This document shows, one piece after another, positions 11,256 to 21,286 of a DNA stretch of 58,592 nt. This DNA comes from Nitrospinales bacterium (GTDB lineage Bacteria > Nitrospinota > Nitrospinia > Nitrospinales > VA-1). The notes under the pieces were generated by a model, which saw only the letters and a list, made by a program, of their open reading frames with translations, did no database searches and was not told where the DNA came from. The position numbers and the translations under genes were made by a program. The stretch lies in NCBI GenBank assembly GCA_022450865.1, contig JAKUOQ010000004.1:1-58592 (forward strand), given 5' to 3'. Within the stretch, counting starts at the first letter, position 1. Each line of letters opens with the position of its first letter.

Positions 11256-12101
11256 ATGTCTAAAATAAAGGGTTTACAGATTATTTTATGCCTAAGCGTT
11301 GCAGGGGTTCTGGTAATGAGTTGTAGTCCAGAGGCCGCTCAAGACGAACCTATGCAAATGCCGTTTAAAGAAAACACCTGGGTACGAAAAGAAGAGATAA
11401 AAAAAACAAAATCATTTATGTTTTCAACAGGTGAGAAGCTTGCTTTGCCTATTGATGACAGGTTGATAAAAAAACTCAATACGATTTCGACTTCAAACTC
11501 TTCAATTAATAGTGAAGAGGAATGCTTATCGCAGGCTAATGCGCTAGATAAAAGACGGATGGTAGTTCAAAAACGTGGTGGGGCGTGGCACGTTTTTGAA
11601 AGGGTTGCTGAAGCTAAAATTTATTCTGATTATGGAATGCAAATAGACAGTCAACTAAATCGACTGGTTTTTTCTCTAAAACACATTTGTCGAGGGGCTA
11701 AAGGAATGCCTTTGGATGCGTGGGGGACAAACAAAGTAGAGGAATTGAAAAAGTATGGAAAAGAAAAGATGAGGAAGGTCTATATTGATCTGGGCAACCC
11801 TCCTGCGGATGTGGACATATGGGTAGCTTATGCTGAAAGGGCCCTCGAGAGCAGAAAACGCAATATCCCCTACTCAGAGATTGGCGAGTCCATATTACGT
11901 ACAGAAAATCTGGTCAATCTTTATGAGGACCTTTCACTTCGAAAGGTGGATGAGGCTTCTTTGAATACCTTTTACTCAGATGCTTCTACCCTGTTGGATG
12001 TCATCAAAAATAGTTTAAAATCGGATCCGCGAGTGGCCCTTGCCATACAGGAAGATAATCTCTTACCAATCGACGATAATGGATTAGGAAACGAAATGTA
12101 G
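11256..12101 (+). CDS. Hypothetical lipoprotein
   Basis: 281-aa ORF with signal peptide ending VMS-C; no family recognised. Confidence 0.7.
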   Translation: MSKIKGLQIILCLSVAGVLVMSCSPEAAQDEPMQMPFKENTWVRKEEIKKTKSFMFSTGEKLALPIDDRLIKKLNTISTSNSSINSEEECLSQANALDKRRMVVQKRGGAWHVFERVAEAKIYSDYGMQIDSQLNRLVFSLKHICRGAKGMPLDAWGTNKVEELKKYGKEKMRKVYIDLGNPPADVDIWVAYAERALESRKRNIPYSEIGESILRTENLVNLYEDLSLRKVDEASLNTFYSDASTLLDVIKNSLKSDPRVALAIQEDNLLPIDDNGLGNEM

Positions 12102-12232
12102 TCGCTTGGGCTGGTGGCCTATGGGTCACCGTTCATCAGCTTTCAAATATTTCTCTAGTTTTTTGGTATATTTGACTAAAGGGCCGAATCTTTTTTTGAT
12201 TCGAAATAATAGGTAAATTTCTAAGCGAAGAT

Positions 12233-13366
12233 TTATATATCCATTGGTGGGGCGCTTACCTTTCTTAAGAAGACCTCAAGAATTTTTTTTTGATAAAGCA
12301 CTACTGCAATATCCATCATTCCATCACGATTAAAATCAGCACCAGTAATAGATCTAGGTTGTGATCCAACAGCATAATTATAGTGTGGATATACAAAGCT
12401 CCCGTCGCCGTTACCTTGGATAACGGAAATGGACCCGCTGCGCCGATTACAAACAACAATGTCGGGAATTTTGTCGCCGGTGAAGTCCCCAACTACAATA
12501 TTATGCGGTCCTTTTTCCCCCGCAAAATCCTGCAATTTGGTGAAGTCCCCTTTTCCGTCCCCCATAAAAATACTGAGGCTGTCTTTCATAGGGCTGGACG
12601 TCAATAGGTCGAGTTTTCCATCTAAATTCATATCATGATGTGTAAGAAAGGAGGATTGACTACCGCCCTTAATCAACTTGGGTGGTGCAAAGGTTCCGTC
12701 GCCGTTGCCATAAAAAATTTTTAAATACCGCACCTTAACCGCATTGAGTGCCAGAGAGATATCTTCATTACCATCGCCATTATAATCGCCAATAGTGATA
12801 TGAGCTGGAGTCGGTGATGCCTGATAAGCTTCTGCTACTTTGAAGGTGCCATCGCCAACACCTAAAAGAATAATCATTTTGTTGAATCGAAGAGTTACCG
12901 CAAGATCATTTATTTCATCGTTGTTAAAATCTCCCGAAGCTATAGCAATGGGCAGGCGCCCTACCTTTACGTTAGTCTTCAGTTTGAAGAGCCCATCTTT
13001 TTGTCCGAGGATAATTGAAACCTCACCATCACCATAATTGCATAGCGCGATATCGGCGATGCGGTCGCCGTTGAAATCAGCCAATTCAATTGCAAAAGGT
13101 TCGCGGCCTGTTTCTATTGTCTGGGCATCTTTGAAAGTTCCATTACCAATGCCTTCGAAGTAGCTCAGCGAATTTCCTGCAGAGTTTACAACAATTAAAT
13201 CAGGGAACTCATCGTTGTTCATATCGTGGGCCATGACAACCTCAGGCTTTTTGCCAACCATATAAGATACAGGTAATGCAAAAATATCCGGCGAAGGTTG
13301 GCTTTGACCACAGCCTAACAACATCCAAGTTGCTATAAATAATGTAATCGTTTTATTAATTTTCAT
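12233..13366 (-). CDS. FG-GAP/VCBS-repeat beta-propeller lipoprotein
   Basis: LLG-C lipobox; repeated DFNGDxxxD and GxGDGTF motifs. Confidence 0.85.
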   Translation of the reverse strand: MKINKTITLFIATWMLLGCGQSQPSPDIFALPVSYMVGKKPEVVMAHDMNNDEFPDLIVVNSAGNSLSYFEGIGNGTFKDAQTIETGREPFAIELADFNGDRIADIALCNYGDGEVSIILGQKDGLFKLKTNVKVGRLPIAIASGDFNNDEINDLAVTLRFNKMIILLGVGDGTFKVAEAYQASPTPAHITIGDYNGDGNEDISLALNAVKVRYLKIFYGNGDGTFAPPKLIKGGSQSSFLTHHDMNLDGKLDLLTSSPMKDSLSIFMGDGKGDFTKLQDFAGEKGPHNIVVGDFTGDKIPDIVVCNRRSGSISVIQGNGDGSFVYPHYNYAVGSQPRSITGADFNRDGMMDIAVVLYQKKILEVFLRKVSAPPMDI

Positions 13367-13464
13367 TACTGTTGTTGTGAATAAAATCAGATGTAAATCG
13401 ATTTTTGTTTATACAGGATGCTTGGTAACTTGTAAATATATTTGAAAAAATGATATAATTTTCA

Positions 13465-14220
13465 ATGAGTTATATCTCACTTCGCTTCCAAATAATGTCC
13501 TTCCATAAATTTTTTAAAACCTTATTTTTATTAACTTTTTTATTTTTAACGGCCTGTCAGGGGTTTCAGTTCGACCCTTGGCCAGAGACTCAGTATGGCA
13601 TTCATCACACGGTTCAAAAAGGCCAGACTTTGTCTCGTATTGCCCAAGCATATAAAATCGACATGGAAGTTCTACGTCGAGCCAACCATATCCGAGATGC
13701 ATCAAAAATCATAGTGGGAACTCAGTTATGGATTCCCGGTGCAAGGCGTGTACTTTCTATTCCTACAACCTCTACTTCTTCGGGCTATTCACGCTTTAAA
13801 TCTGTCAACAAAAAAAATATACCCACTGTCAAACCCCGCAAAGGAATTCTTATATGGCCTACAAAAGGTACTCTTACTTCTGGGTTTGGTAACAGAAACG
13901 GACGTAGGCATGAAGGTATCGATATAGCGGCACCAAAAGGAACGCCTATAAAAGCTGCCGCAGCAGGGAAAGTTGTTTTCAGCGGTTGGGGCCCAACGGG
14001 CTACGGAAAGATGGTTATATTAGAGCACAAAAACAACCTGACAACCGTTTACGCGCACAACTCAAAGATACTGGTAAAAAAAGGTGCTCGCGTAAAACAA
14101 GGACAAAGAATTTCTTTAATGGGAAGTACTGGGCGTTCAACAGGACCTCATCTTCACTTTGAAGTAAGAAACGGTACAGAGCCCAAAAATCCTTTAAAAT
14201 ATTTATCAGTGAAAAGATAA
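13465..14220 (+). CDS. LysM + M23 peptidase lipoprotein (NlpD/MepM-like)
   Basis: LTA-C lipobox, LysM HTVQKGQTL, M23 HEGID, YAH, HLHFE; start 13465 or 13495. Confidence 0.9.
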   Translation: MSYISLRFQIMSFHKFFKTLFLLTFLFLTACQGFQFDPWPETQYGIHHTVQKGQTLSRIAQAYKIDMEVLRRANHIRDASKIIVGTQLWIPGARRVLSIPTTSTSSGYSRFKSVNKKNIPTVKPRKGILIWPTKGTLTSGFGNRNGRRHEGIDIAAPKGTPIKAAAAGKVVFSGWGPTGYGKMVILEHKNNLTTVYAHNSKILVKKGARVKQGQRISLMGSTGRSTGPHLHFEVRNGTEPKNPLKYLSVKR

Positions 14221-14299
14221 AGTTTTCAATGCCAGATATATTTGATAAAAAGCTAAATTGCAATGTATCGTTCCCATTCAAATAAAGAAAGGTCCATCC

Positions 14300-14821
14300 A
14301 TGGAATCCGTAAAACAAATCATCCGCGATATTCCTGACTTTCCTAAGGAAGGAATTATATTTAAAGATATCACCCCACTTCTTGCAGATGCGTCCGCATT
14401 TGGGGAAACTATTAATGCTTTAAAAAAAAGATATGTAGACAAGGAGATCGACAGGGTGGTCGGAGTTGAGGCACGAGGTTTTATTTTCGCATCCGCCTTG
14501 GCATATGCCCTGGGAGCAGGCACCACGATGGTTCGAAAACCAGGAAAGCTTCCTTATAAAACTTATCAAGAAACCTATTCTTTAGAATATGGAACCGATA
14601 CCATTGAAATTCATCAGGATGCCTTTCAACCCAGTGAGCGTATTGTCCTCATTGATGACGTTCTGGCTACTGGAGGAACCCTGGCGGCAACGCTAAACCT
14701 GATTCGCAAAAATTTTGAATCTGTAGAAATCGAAGAGGTCGCATTTCTCATCGAACTGGATTTTCTGAACGGACGCGAAAAACTTAAAGACATCCCTATC
14801 CATTCTCTCATCCATTACTAA
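14300..14821 (+). CDS. apt: Adenine phosphoribosyltransferase
   Basis: IPDFPKEGI, EARGF, VRKPGKLP, LEYG, DDVLATGGT. Confidence 0.96.
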   Translation: MESVKQIIRDIPDFPKEGIIFKDITPLLADASAFGETINALKKRYVDKEIDRVVGVEARGFIFASALAYALGAGTTMVRKPGKLPYKTYQETYSLEYGTDTIEIHQDAFQPSERIVLIDDVLATGGTLAATLNLIRKNFESVEIEEVAFLIELDFLNGREKLKDIPIHSLIHY

Positions 14822-14966
14822 TGGACCACGCTCGTTGAAATTTGGTAAGTTCTATATAGCAAATAATACTCGTTTCCTTCTATTAAAAAGCCCCAACAAT
14901 TCCATGTCTAAAGAATTTTAGCTCATAATACTTGGCGAATTTTATTCTGAGATGGGTTTTGGTTTA

Positions 14967-15230
14967 TTACAGTTGGGTATTAATTTGGCGGAAGGGAATT
15001 TCTTTAGCAAGGGCTTCGGTGAGCTTTTGAGTATCTTCTAAGAAATCTGGAGAGATCATCAGCTCTATAAGGCCGCATGAAGGATCTATCGTTCGGACTA
15101 CAGCAATATGATCGTAACCTTCAAAGATGCTAACGATGTAGGCGATGTCTTTTTTATTAACTTCTACTTGCCATTGAATGGAATCTTTGTGTCTGGAGAC
15201 GGTATTAGGAATACTCACGATTTTTCTCAA
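14967..15230 (-). CDS. DUF4911-like small protein
   Basis: DIAYIVSIFEGYDHIAVVRTID pattern; overlaps mnmG 3' end; start TTG 15230 or GTG 15218. Confidence 0.7.
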   Translation of the reverse strand: MRKIVSIPNTVSRHKDSIQWQVEVNKKDIAYIVSIFEGYDHIAVVRTIDPSCGLIELMISPDFLEDTQKLTEALAKEIPFRQINTQL

Positions 15231-17067
15231 GCAATAACATTATGAGACTGATAGCTGAAGGTGTGATACCCGAGATGCGCGATGCCTGCCCAAGTGTGAC
15301 AGGACGAATAGCCTCTAGTTTTTGCGCTACTTCATGTGAAAGGCCGGAAACACCTTCATACTTAAAACTTTCCGGAATTCGGCAGTGCTCCAACTTTTTC
15401 TGCTTTTCTACTAATTGATTCTGACGAGCGATGAAACCTTCATACTTGATACGAATCTCTACCTGTTCGCCGACTAGTTGTGGGACTTCTTCTCCCTCGA
15501 AGGCACGCAGCAATTCATCATGTTTTACTTCCGGCCTACGCAATAAAACATTCAAGGTCGTTGCATTACGCAATTCATGAATTCCAAGTTTCGACAGGCG
15601 TGTTAGATTGTCTGGATTTGGTGCCACCGTTGTAGCCTCTAATCTTTGGATCTCACGTTCTACAGCATTGTATTTTTCCATACAATGGTTGTAAAGTTCT
15701 CCGCTAACCAGACCCAATTCATAACCCTTTCCCATTAACCGTTGGTCGGCATTATCCTGTCTTAGAATCAGTCGATATTCGGCACGGGAGGTAAACATAC
15801 GATAGGGTTCCTGTGTTCCTTTAGTAACGAGATCATCAATAAGCACACCGATATAGCTATCCATTCTTGTCAGCAAAAACGGTTTACGTTTTTGCGATTT
15901 AAGTGCTGCATTGATTCCCGCCATCAACCCCTGGCCGGCTGCTTCTTCATAACCGGATGTCCCATTAATTTGCCCTGCATGAAATAATCCACTTACTCGT
16001 TTTGTTTCCAGAGAAGGCATTAACTGTGTTGGCGGAACAAAGTCATATTCCACTGCGTAACCTGGAAGAACAATTTCAGCATTTTCTAATCCTGTAATCG
16101 TACGAACTAATTGCTGTTGCACATCCTCATCCATGCTCGTGGAAATACCATTGGGGTAAATCCAATCTGTGTCTAGGCCCTCTGGTTCCAAGAAAATATT
16201 ATGCGATTTCTTGTCGGGGAATTTAATTACCTTGTCTTCAATTGAAGGACAATAGCGGGGTCCTACACCCTCGATGATACCGCTGTATAAAGGTGACCGG
16301 TCGATATTGTTGCGAATCACTTCCGCGGTTTTCTCATTCGTTGCGGTAATATGACAAGGTACCTGTTTGCGTTCTATATGAGACGTGGAAAAAGAAAAAG
16401 GTCGTGGTATTACATCTCCTTCTTGCACGACGCATCGGGAAAAGTCGATACTATCTCGTTTCAATCGCGGTGGAGTACCTGTCTTCAAGCGACCGAGTTC
16501 GAATCCAGCGGCCAGAAACGATTGCGATAATTTTGTCGAAGGTTTTTCACCTACTCTGCCTGCAGGACGACTGTCTAGTCCAATATGTATTCGACCATTT
16601 AAAAAAGTCCCAGTAGTGATGACGATGGAATCACATTGAAACTCCAGTCCGCTAGCAGTTCGTATTCCTCTTACTTCATTATTTTCAAAAATCAGTTCAT
16701 CAACTTCTTCAAAGAGAAGCTCTAGGTTAGCCGTATTTTCAAGAACCCGACGCATGGCATTTTTATATTGGTGTTTATCTGCCTGCGCACGATAGCCGTG
16801 GACTGCGGGTCCTTTAGAAGAATTTAATAAACGAAACTGGATGCCGGTCTCATCGATAACCTTAGCCATCTCACCTCCGAGGGCATCAATCTCACGAACA
16901 ATATGCCCTTTACCTACCCCTCCGATGGCGGGGTTGCATGGCATTAGGGCAATTTTATCTGCTTCAAGGGTGATCAGCGCTGTGGCGCAACCCATTCGCG
17001 CAGAGGCTAAAGCTGCCTCACAACCTGCGTGACCTCCTCCTATTACTATGACATCATATCTGTTCAT
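15205..17067 (-). CDS. mnmG: tRNA uridine-5-carboxymethylaminomethyl modification enzyme
   Basis: GGGHAG, CNPAIGG, KTGTPPR, GPRYCPSIEDK, GQINGTSGYEEAA. Confidence 0.97.
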   Translation of the reverse strand: MNRYDVIVIGGGHAGCEAALASARMGCATALITLEADKIALMPCNPAIGGVGKGHIVREIDALGGEMAKVIDETGIQFRLLNSSKGPAVHGYRAQADKHQYKNAMRRVLENTANLELLFEEVDELIFENNEVRGIRTASGLEFQCDSIVITTGTFLNGRIHIGLDSRPAGRVGEKPSTKLSQSFLAAGFELGRLKTGTPPRLKRDSIDFSRCVVQEGDVIPRPFSFSTSHIERKQVPCHITATNEKTAEVIRNNIDRSPLYSGIIEGVGPRYCPSIEDKVIKFPDKKSHNIFLEPEGLDTDWIYPNGISTSMDEDVQQQLVRTITGLENAEIVLPGYAVEYDFVPPTQLMPSLETKRVSGLFHAGQINGTSGYEEAAGQGLMAGINAALKSQKRKPFLLTRMDSYIGVLIDDLVTKGTQEPYRMFTSRAEYRLILRQDNADQRLMGKGYELGLVSGELYNHCMEKYNAVEREIQRLEATTVAPNPDNLTRLSKLGIHELRNATTLNVLLRRPEVKHDELLRAFEGEEVPQLVGEQVEIRIKYEGFIARQNQLVEKQKKLEHCRIPESFKYEGVSGLSHEVAQKLEAIRPVTLGQASRISGITPSAISLIMLLLEKNREYS

Positions 17068-17174
17068 GTTATCTTGCACCTGATTAATCGGAGCCACTAT
17101 TCTACATTAAAACCCTATTTTTTTAGAATGATAAAACAAACATTCACAATAAATGGATCTTCAGCCGATAAGCG

Positions 17175-17612
17175 ATGAACGACCTAAACTTTGACTTAAA
17201 AAAAATTCTGTCCGACCATAAAAAATGGCTGGATTCAAATGGACAGGAAGGAGCACTTGCTGACTTAAAAAACTGGAAGCTTAAGGGTGCTGTATTAATA
17301 GGTGCAAACTTAAAAAATGCAAACCTTGAAGGAGCTTATCTTTACGGTGCTTATTTTAAAAAAGCGAATCTCGAAAACTCCAACCTTGAAGGAGCAAATT
17401 TGAGGGGTGCAAATTTGAGATGGGCAAACTTGAAAAACACCAACATGAAAAACACCAATCTTGTGAATGCAGATCTGATGCAGGCAAAACTTAAAGATAC
17501 TTCGTTGGAAGGAGCAAACCTTAAGATGGCCAAGGGCCTTACTTCAGAACAATTGCACGGTGCTGTTCTCAACGATAAAACAGTTCTTCCTGAATCACTA
17601 AAGAGAAACTAG
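17175..17612 (+). CDS. Pentapeptide-repeat protein
   Basis: Tandem A(N/D)Lxx repeats; N-terminal HKKWL motif. Confidence 0.9.
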   Translation: MNDLNFDLKKILSDHKKWLDSNGQEGALADLKNWKLKGAVLIGANLKNANLEGAYLYGAYFKKANLENSNLEGANLRGANLRWANLKNTNMKNTNLVNADLMQAKLKDTSLEGANLKMAKGLTSEQLHGAVLNDKTVLPESLKRN

Positions 17613-17613
17613 T

Positions 17614-18621
17614 TTATTGGAATACCATTTTCGCAGAATCCATCATGCCGCGCACGGTTGAAGTAGCTTCATCGACAGCCGTTGGTTCATAACCACAGTG
17701 GGCAGTACAATCAGCACATTTTTCATTATTTGTGTGGCCGTAGTTTTCCCATTCTGTGGTTTCCATCAACTCCTTAAATGTTTCAGCATAACCTTCATCA
17801 AGAAGATAACAAGGTTTTTGCCAACCGAGGACGGAGTAATTTGGATTGCCCCAAGGGGTACATGAGTAATCACGCTTTCCTCTTAAAAATTCTAGGTACA
17901 AGGGCGAATGATTGATATCCCAACGACCATTTTTATTCTTTTCAAGAAGTTTATCAAAAAATTCAAAAGTTTTCTTTCGGCCAAAAAAATGATCCTGGTC
18001 AGGTGCATCTGGGTATCTGAAAGCAGAGGCCATGGTAATTCCGTCAATACCAAGAGGTTTTAAAAAGTCCAAGAATCTCTCTGCTTTTTCAATAGTAGTA
18101 TCTTCGAAAAATGTGGTAGCACTGGTAACTCTAAAACCCTTTTTCTTAGCTTCTATGACTGCTTCCGTTGCAAGTTTGAAGGTGCCCTTTTGATCAACCA
18201 CTCGATCATGATCTTCTTCCATACCATCGAGATGTACAGAAAGAGTCAGATAGGGGCTTACCGGCAAACGATCCAAAAAGTCTTTCAACAAAATAGCATT
18301 AGTGCATAGGTAAATAAATCGTTTTTGAGCTATTAGCCCCTCGACTATTTCAACAATAGCCGGATGCATTAAAGGTTCACCCCCTGCAATGGAAACTATG
18401 GGAGCGCCACATTCTTTAGCCGCCTTAAAACATTTCTCGGGGCTCATGTTTTGTTTTAATATTTCATTAGGTTTTTGAATTTTTCCGCATCCTATGCATT
18501 CCAGATTGCACCTGAATAAAGGTTCAAGCATCATCACTAAAGGATAACGTTTGTTTCCCTTCATCTTTTGCCTGAAAATATAAGAGCCTACTTTAAGTGC
18601 TTGAAAAACAGGTACTGGCAT
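17614..18621 (-). CDS. hpnH: Adenosylhopane synthase, radical SAM
   Basis: LEPLFRCNLECIGCGKI, CTPWGNP, GWQKPCYL, CADCTAHCGYEP; start at MPVP. Confidence 0.93.
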   Translation of the reverse strand: MPVPVFQALKVGSYIFRQKMKGNKRYPLVMMLEPLFRCNLECIGCGKIQKPNEILKQNMSPEKCFKAAKECGAPIVSIAGGEPLMHPAIVEIVEGLIAQKRFIYLCTNAILLKDFLDRLPVSPYLTLSVHLDGMEEDHDRVVDQKGTFKLATEAVIEAKKKGFRVTSATTFFEDTTIEKAERFLDFLKPLGIDGITMASAFRYPDAPDQDHFFGRKKTFEFFDKLLEKNKNGRWDINHSPLYLEFLRGKRDYSCTPWGNPNYSVLGWQKPCYLLDEGYAETFKELMETTEWENYGHTNNEKCADCTAHCGYEPTAVDEATSTVRGMMDSAKMVFQ

Positions 18622-18787
18622 TGTCTCTTTTTGTATTAATGTTGAATAAAAAATTAAAGAACAGTCATTATAAGGTGCTTTTAAATAGAGAACAAAGGAT
18701 TTTATCCTTTGCAATAGATGCACTTAGAATATATTTTGTATAAAATCTCCTAATGGAGTGTGGAAGTAATTTCAAGGAAATAAATCT

Positions 18788-18964
18788 TTGAAGAAAATCT
18801 TTATACTATTAGTAATTACAGTGCTTGCCTTAGCTTTTGACGGCACGTTGGCGAAGGATATATTTGACTATCAACTCAGCAGTTTTACAGATTGGGTATT
18901 GGTAATTTTGATATTTGCAATCCTGCTTTCCATTTCCTGGGCCAATTCCACAAAAAATAACTAG
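18788..18964 (+). CDS. Putative 58-aa two-TM small protein (not in ORF track)
   Basis: TTG start with AAGGA upstream; MKKIFILLVITVLALAFDGTLAKDIFDYQLSSFTDWVLVILIFAILLSISWANSTKNN. Confidence 0.55.
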   Translation: MKKIFILLVITVLALAFDGTLAKDIFDYQLSSFTDWVLVILIFAILLSISWANSTKNN

Positions 18965-19023
18965 AATAAAAATATTCCGGAGAATAAGCACTTCTGAAAG
19001 TTTTGATTTGGATCTGTACTATT

Positions 19024-20295
19024 TCAGGCGGTATTTTTTAGTAGGCTCAATAAAGCATAAGGCTCTACAGGACCATCTGCCTGCACCCACACTGTTCCAT
19101 TACCTCCATGAGCAACTGAAATACTTTCTCCTGCAATCGTTTCCATAGCATTGATTTTAAATTTATATTGTCCGCTTGGTGAAAGGCATTCGGCTTCATC
19201 CCCCAACTCGATTCTATTTCTGACATCAACCTCCATCCATCCCGAACGTTCATTGACCACTTGGCCTCCAAAAATCTGTGGCTGATTAGATTCTTGCGGT
19301 GAATCAAATCTTTCTGTTTCGCGATTTGCTGCAGAAATTAGGAAAGCAGAGGTAAAACCTCGATTAGCTGTTTTGCCTATTTCTTCGATCAGGCTAGGAT
19401 TAAAATTTCGATTTTCTTCCAAATCATCGATTGCACGTCGGTAAGCTCTAGTGACCAAGGAGAGATAATAAATTGATTTGGAGCGACCCTCGATTTTAAA
19501 TGATATAACACCCGCCTTTTTCATTGGGCCCAGAAACTCTATGGCTCGAAGATCTTTAGAGTTCATGATATACGTGCCATGCTCATCTTCCTCAACAGGC
19601 ATTAGCTCTCCATCTCTTTGCTTCTCCTCAATTGCGTACTGACCTTTGATGGGAACATATTCTTCCATGTCTTTGCCTTTTTCCTCATGGATATCATATT
19701 CCCAGCGACAGCTATTGGTACAAGTTCCTTGATTCGCATCGCGGTGATTAAAATAGTTCGAAAGCAAACAACGACCGGAATAAGCGATACAAATTGCTCC
19801 GTGGACAAAAGATTCTAATTCCATTCCCGAGACCCGTGCATGAATTTCAGTTATTTCTTCGAGAGATAATTCACGCGATAAAATAACCCGCTTTACCCCA
19901 AGGTTGTACCAAAATTCTACAGATGGCCAGTTGATGGTATTTGTTTGCACTGATAAATGAACAGGAATTTCCGGAAACTCCTTCAAGGCAAACTGAATCA
20001 TCCCCGGATCCGCCATAATAAAAGCATCAGGCCCCATCTCCGCATGTTGAGCTAAAGATTTTTTAAAAGATTCAATTTTTCGATTGGGAGGAAGAATATT
20101 GGCCGTTATATAAATTTTTTTACCCATTTTATGGGTGTAATCTATTGCATCTTTAAGCAAGTGATCCTTAAATGGATTCTCTTTTGCTCTGAGAGAAAAT
20201 TTTGGGATACCTGCATATACCGCATCAGCACCATAGGCGAGAGCATATTTTAATTTTTCGGGACTTCCCGCAGGAGATAATAATTCCGAATTCAT
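19024..20295 (-). CDS. trhP: U32-family tRNA hydroxylation protein (YegQ/TrhP)
   Basis: ELLSPAGS, GADAVY, HGAICIAYSGRCLLS, GTCTNSCRW, KIEGR, C-terminal U32_C domain. Confidence 0.85.
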   Translation of the reverse strand: MNSELLSPAGSPEKLKYALAYGADAVYAGIPKFSLRAKENPFKDHLLKDAIDYTHKMGKKIYITANILPPNRKIESFKKSLAQHAEMGPDAFIMADPGMIQFALKEFPEIPVHLSVQTNTINWPSVEFWYNLGVKRVILSRELSLEEITEIHARVSGMELESFVHGAICIAYSGRCLLSNYFNHRDANQGTCTNSCRWEYDIHEEKGKDMEEYVPIKGQYAIEEKQRDGELMPVEEDEHGTYIMNSKDLRAIEFLGPMKKAGVISFKIEGRSKSIYYLSLVTRAYRRAIDDLEENRNFNPSLIEEIGKTANRGFTSAFLISAANRETERFDSPQESNQPQIFGGQVVNERSGWMEVDVRNRIELGDEAECLSPSGQYKFKINAMETIAGESISVAHGGNGTVWVQADGPVEPYALLSLLKNTA

Positions 20296-20414
20296 AATAA
20301 TTATAAAGATTCAATAATAATATTTGTTTAACATCTTGAGTGGCTCAGCTTACACTACCTTTATATCTCACTGCAAGCATGTAAACCCTATCATTGAAGG
20401 GTCGTATGGCTGCA

Positions 20415-21230
20415 TTAGGCTGTTTTTCGAGAACGGAAAATGAGAAAAGCGCCTGCCACTAAAAGGAAAAGGCTATAAAAACTACCTCGGCTGAGATCCA
20501 TAATGAGAGGTGCGTCGGGCTCGCGAAATTGTTCACCAAAAATACGCACTACTGCATAGAAAGCCAGAAATTCTCCTGTGAGTCTACCTGATGTTGCTAA
20601 AACTCCAGTCCGCCAGAATCGCCATTGACTATAAATAAGCAACAATAATCCTTCCAATGCTGCTGCATAAAGTTGCGATGGATGTCGAGGCATAATCAAT
20701 TCAAGAGGTGTTCCAAGTGGCGCGCTCTGCGGGAAGATGACAGACCAAGAAACGGTGGAAATTTTTCCCCATAATTCTCCGTTGATAAAGTTAGCAATAC
20801 GGCCCAATAAAATTCCGGGAGGAACTAAAGGACATAAAATATCGCCGAGTTGTAGAAAGCTAATTTTAATTTTTTTCGATATCCACCAACAGGCAAGCAC
20901 CACACCGATGAACCCACCATGACTTGCCATGCCACCTTTCCAGACCTGGAGTATAATCCACGGTCGGTGGATGACATCCTGAAAAGCATAGAAAAACATA
21001 TATCCTAATCGCCCACCCAAAAGGACACCTACCATAATTGCTGTAATCGTTAAGGATTGTTCTTCCTGTGTAAGCGCTACCTTGCCATGTTTGCAAAAAA
21101 TATATAATAACCAGATAGCTACGAGAAACCCTAACGCGTATGCTAGTCCGTAATAGCGAATGCCAAAATTTTCTGTGAATTGAAAAAGGAAAGGGTCTAA
21201 ATCATGAACCCAATATTCGGTTTTAGACAC
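20415..21230 (-). CDS. lgt: Prolipoprotein diacylglyceryl transferase
   Basis: GGRLGY, GGMASHGG, GRIANFINGELWG, RHPSQLY. Confidence 0.96.
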   Translation of the reverse strand: MSKTEYWVHDLDPFLFQFTENFGIRYYGLAYALGFLVAIWLLYIFCKHGKVALTQEEQSLTITAIMVGVLLGGRLGYMFFYAFQDVIHRPWIILQVWKGGMASHGGFIGVVLACWWISKKIKISFLQLGDILCPLVPPGILLGRIANFINGELWGKISTVSWSVIFPQSAPLGTPLELIMPRHPSQLYAAALEGLLLLIYSQWRFWRTGVLATSGRLTGEFLAFYAVVRIFGEQFREPDAPLIMDLSRGSFYSLFLLVAGAFLIFRSRKTA

Positions 21231-21286
21231 GGCGACCTTTTAAGGTGAGAGTTAGAAAAAACGAGGTCGTGCTGCTTAAAAAATTT

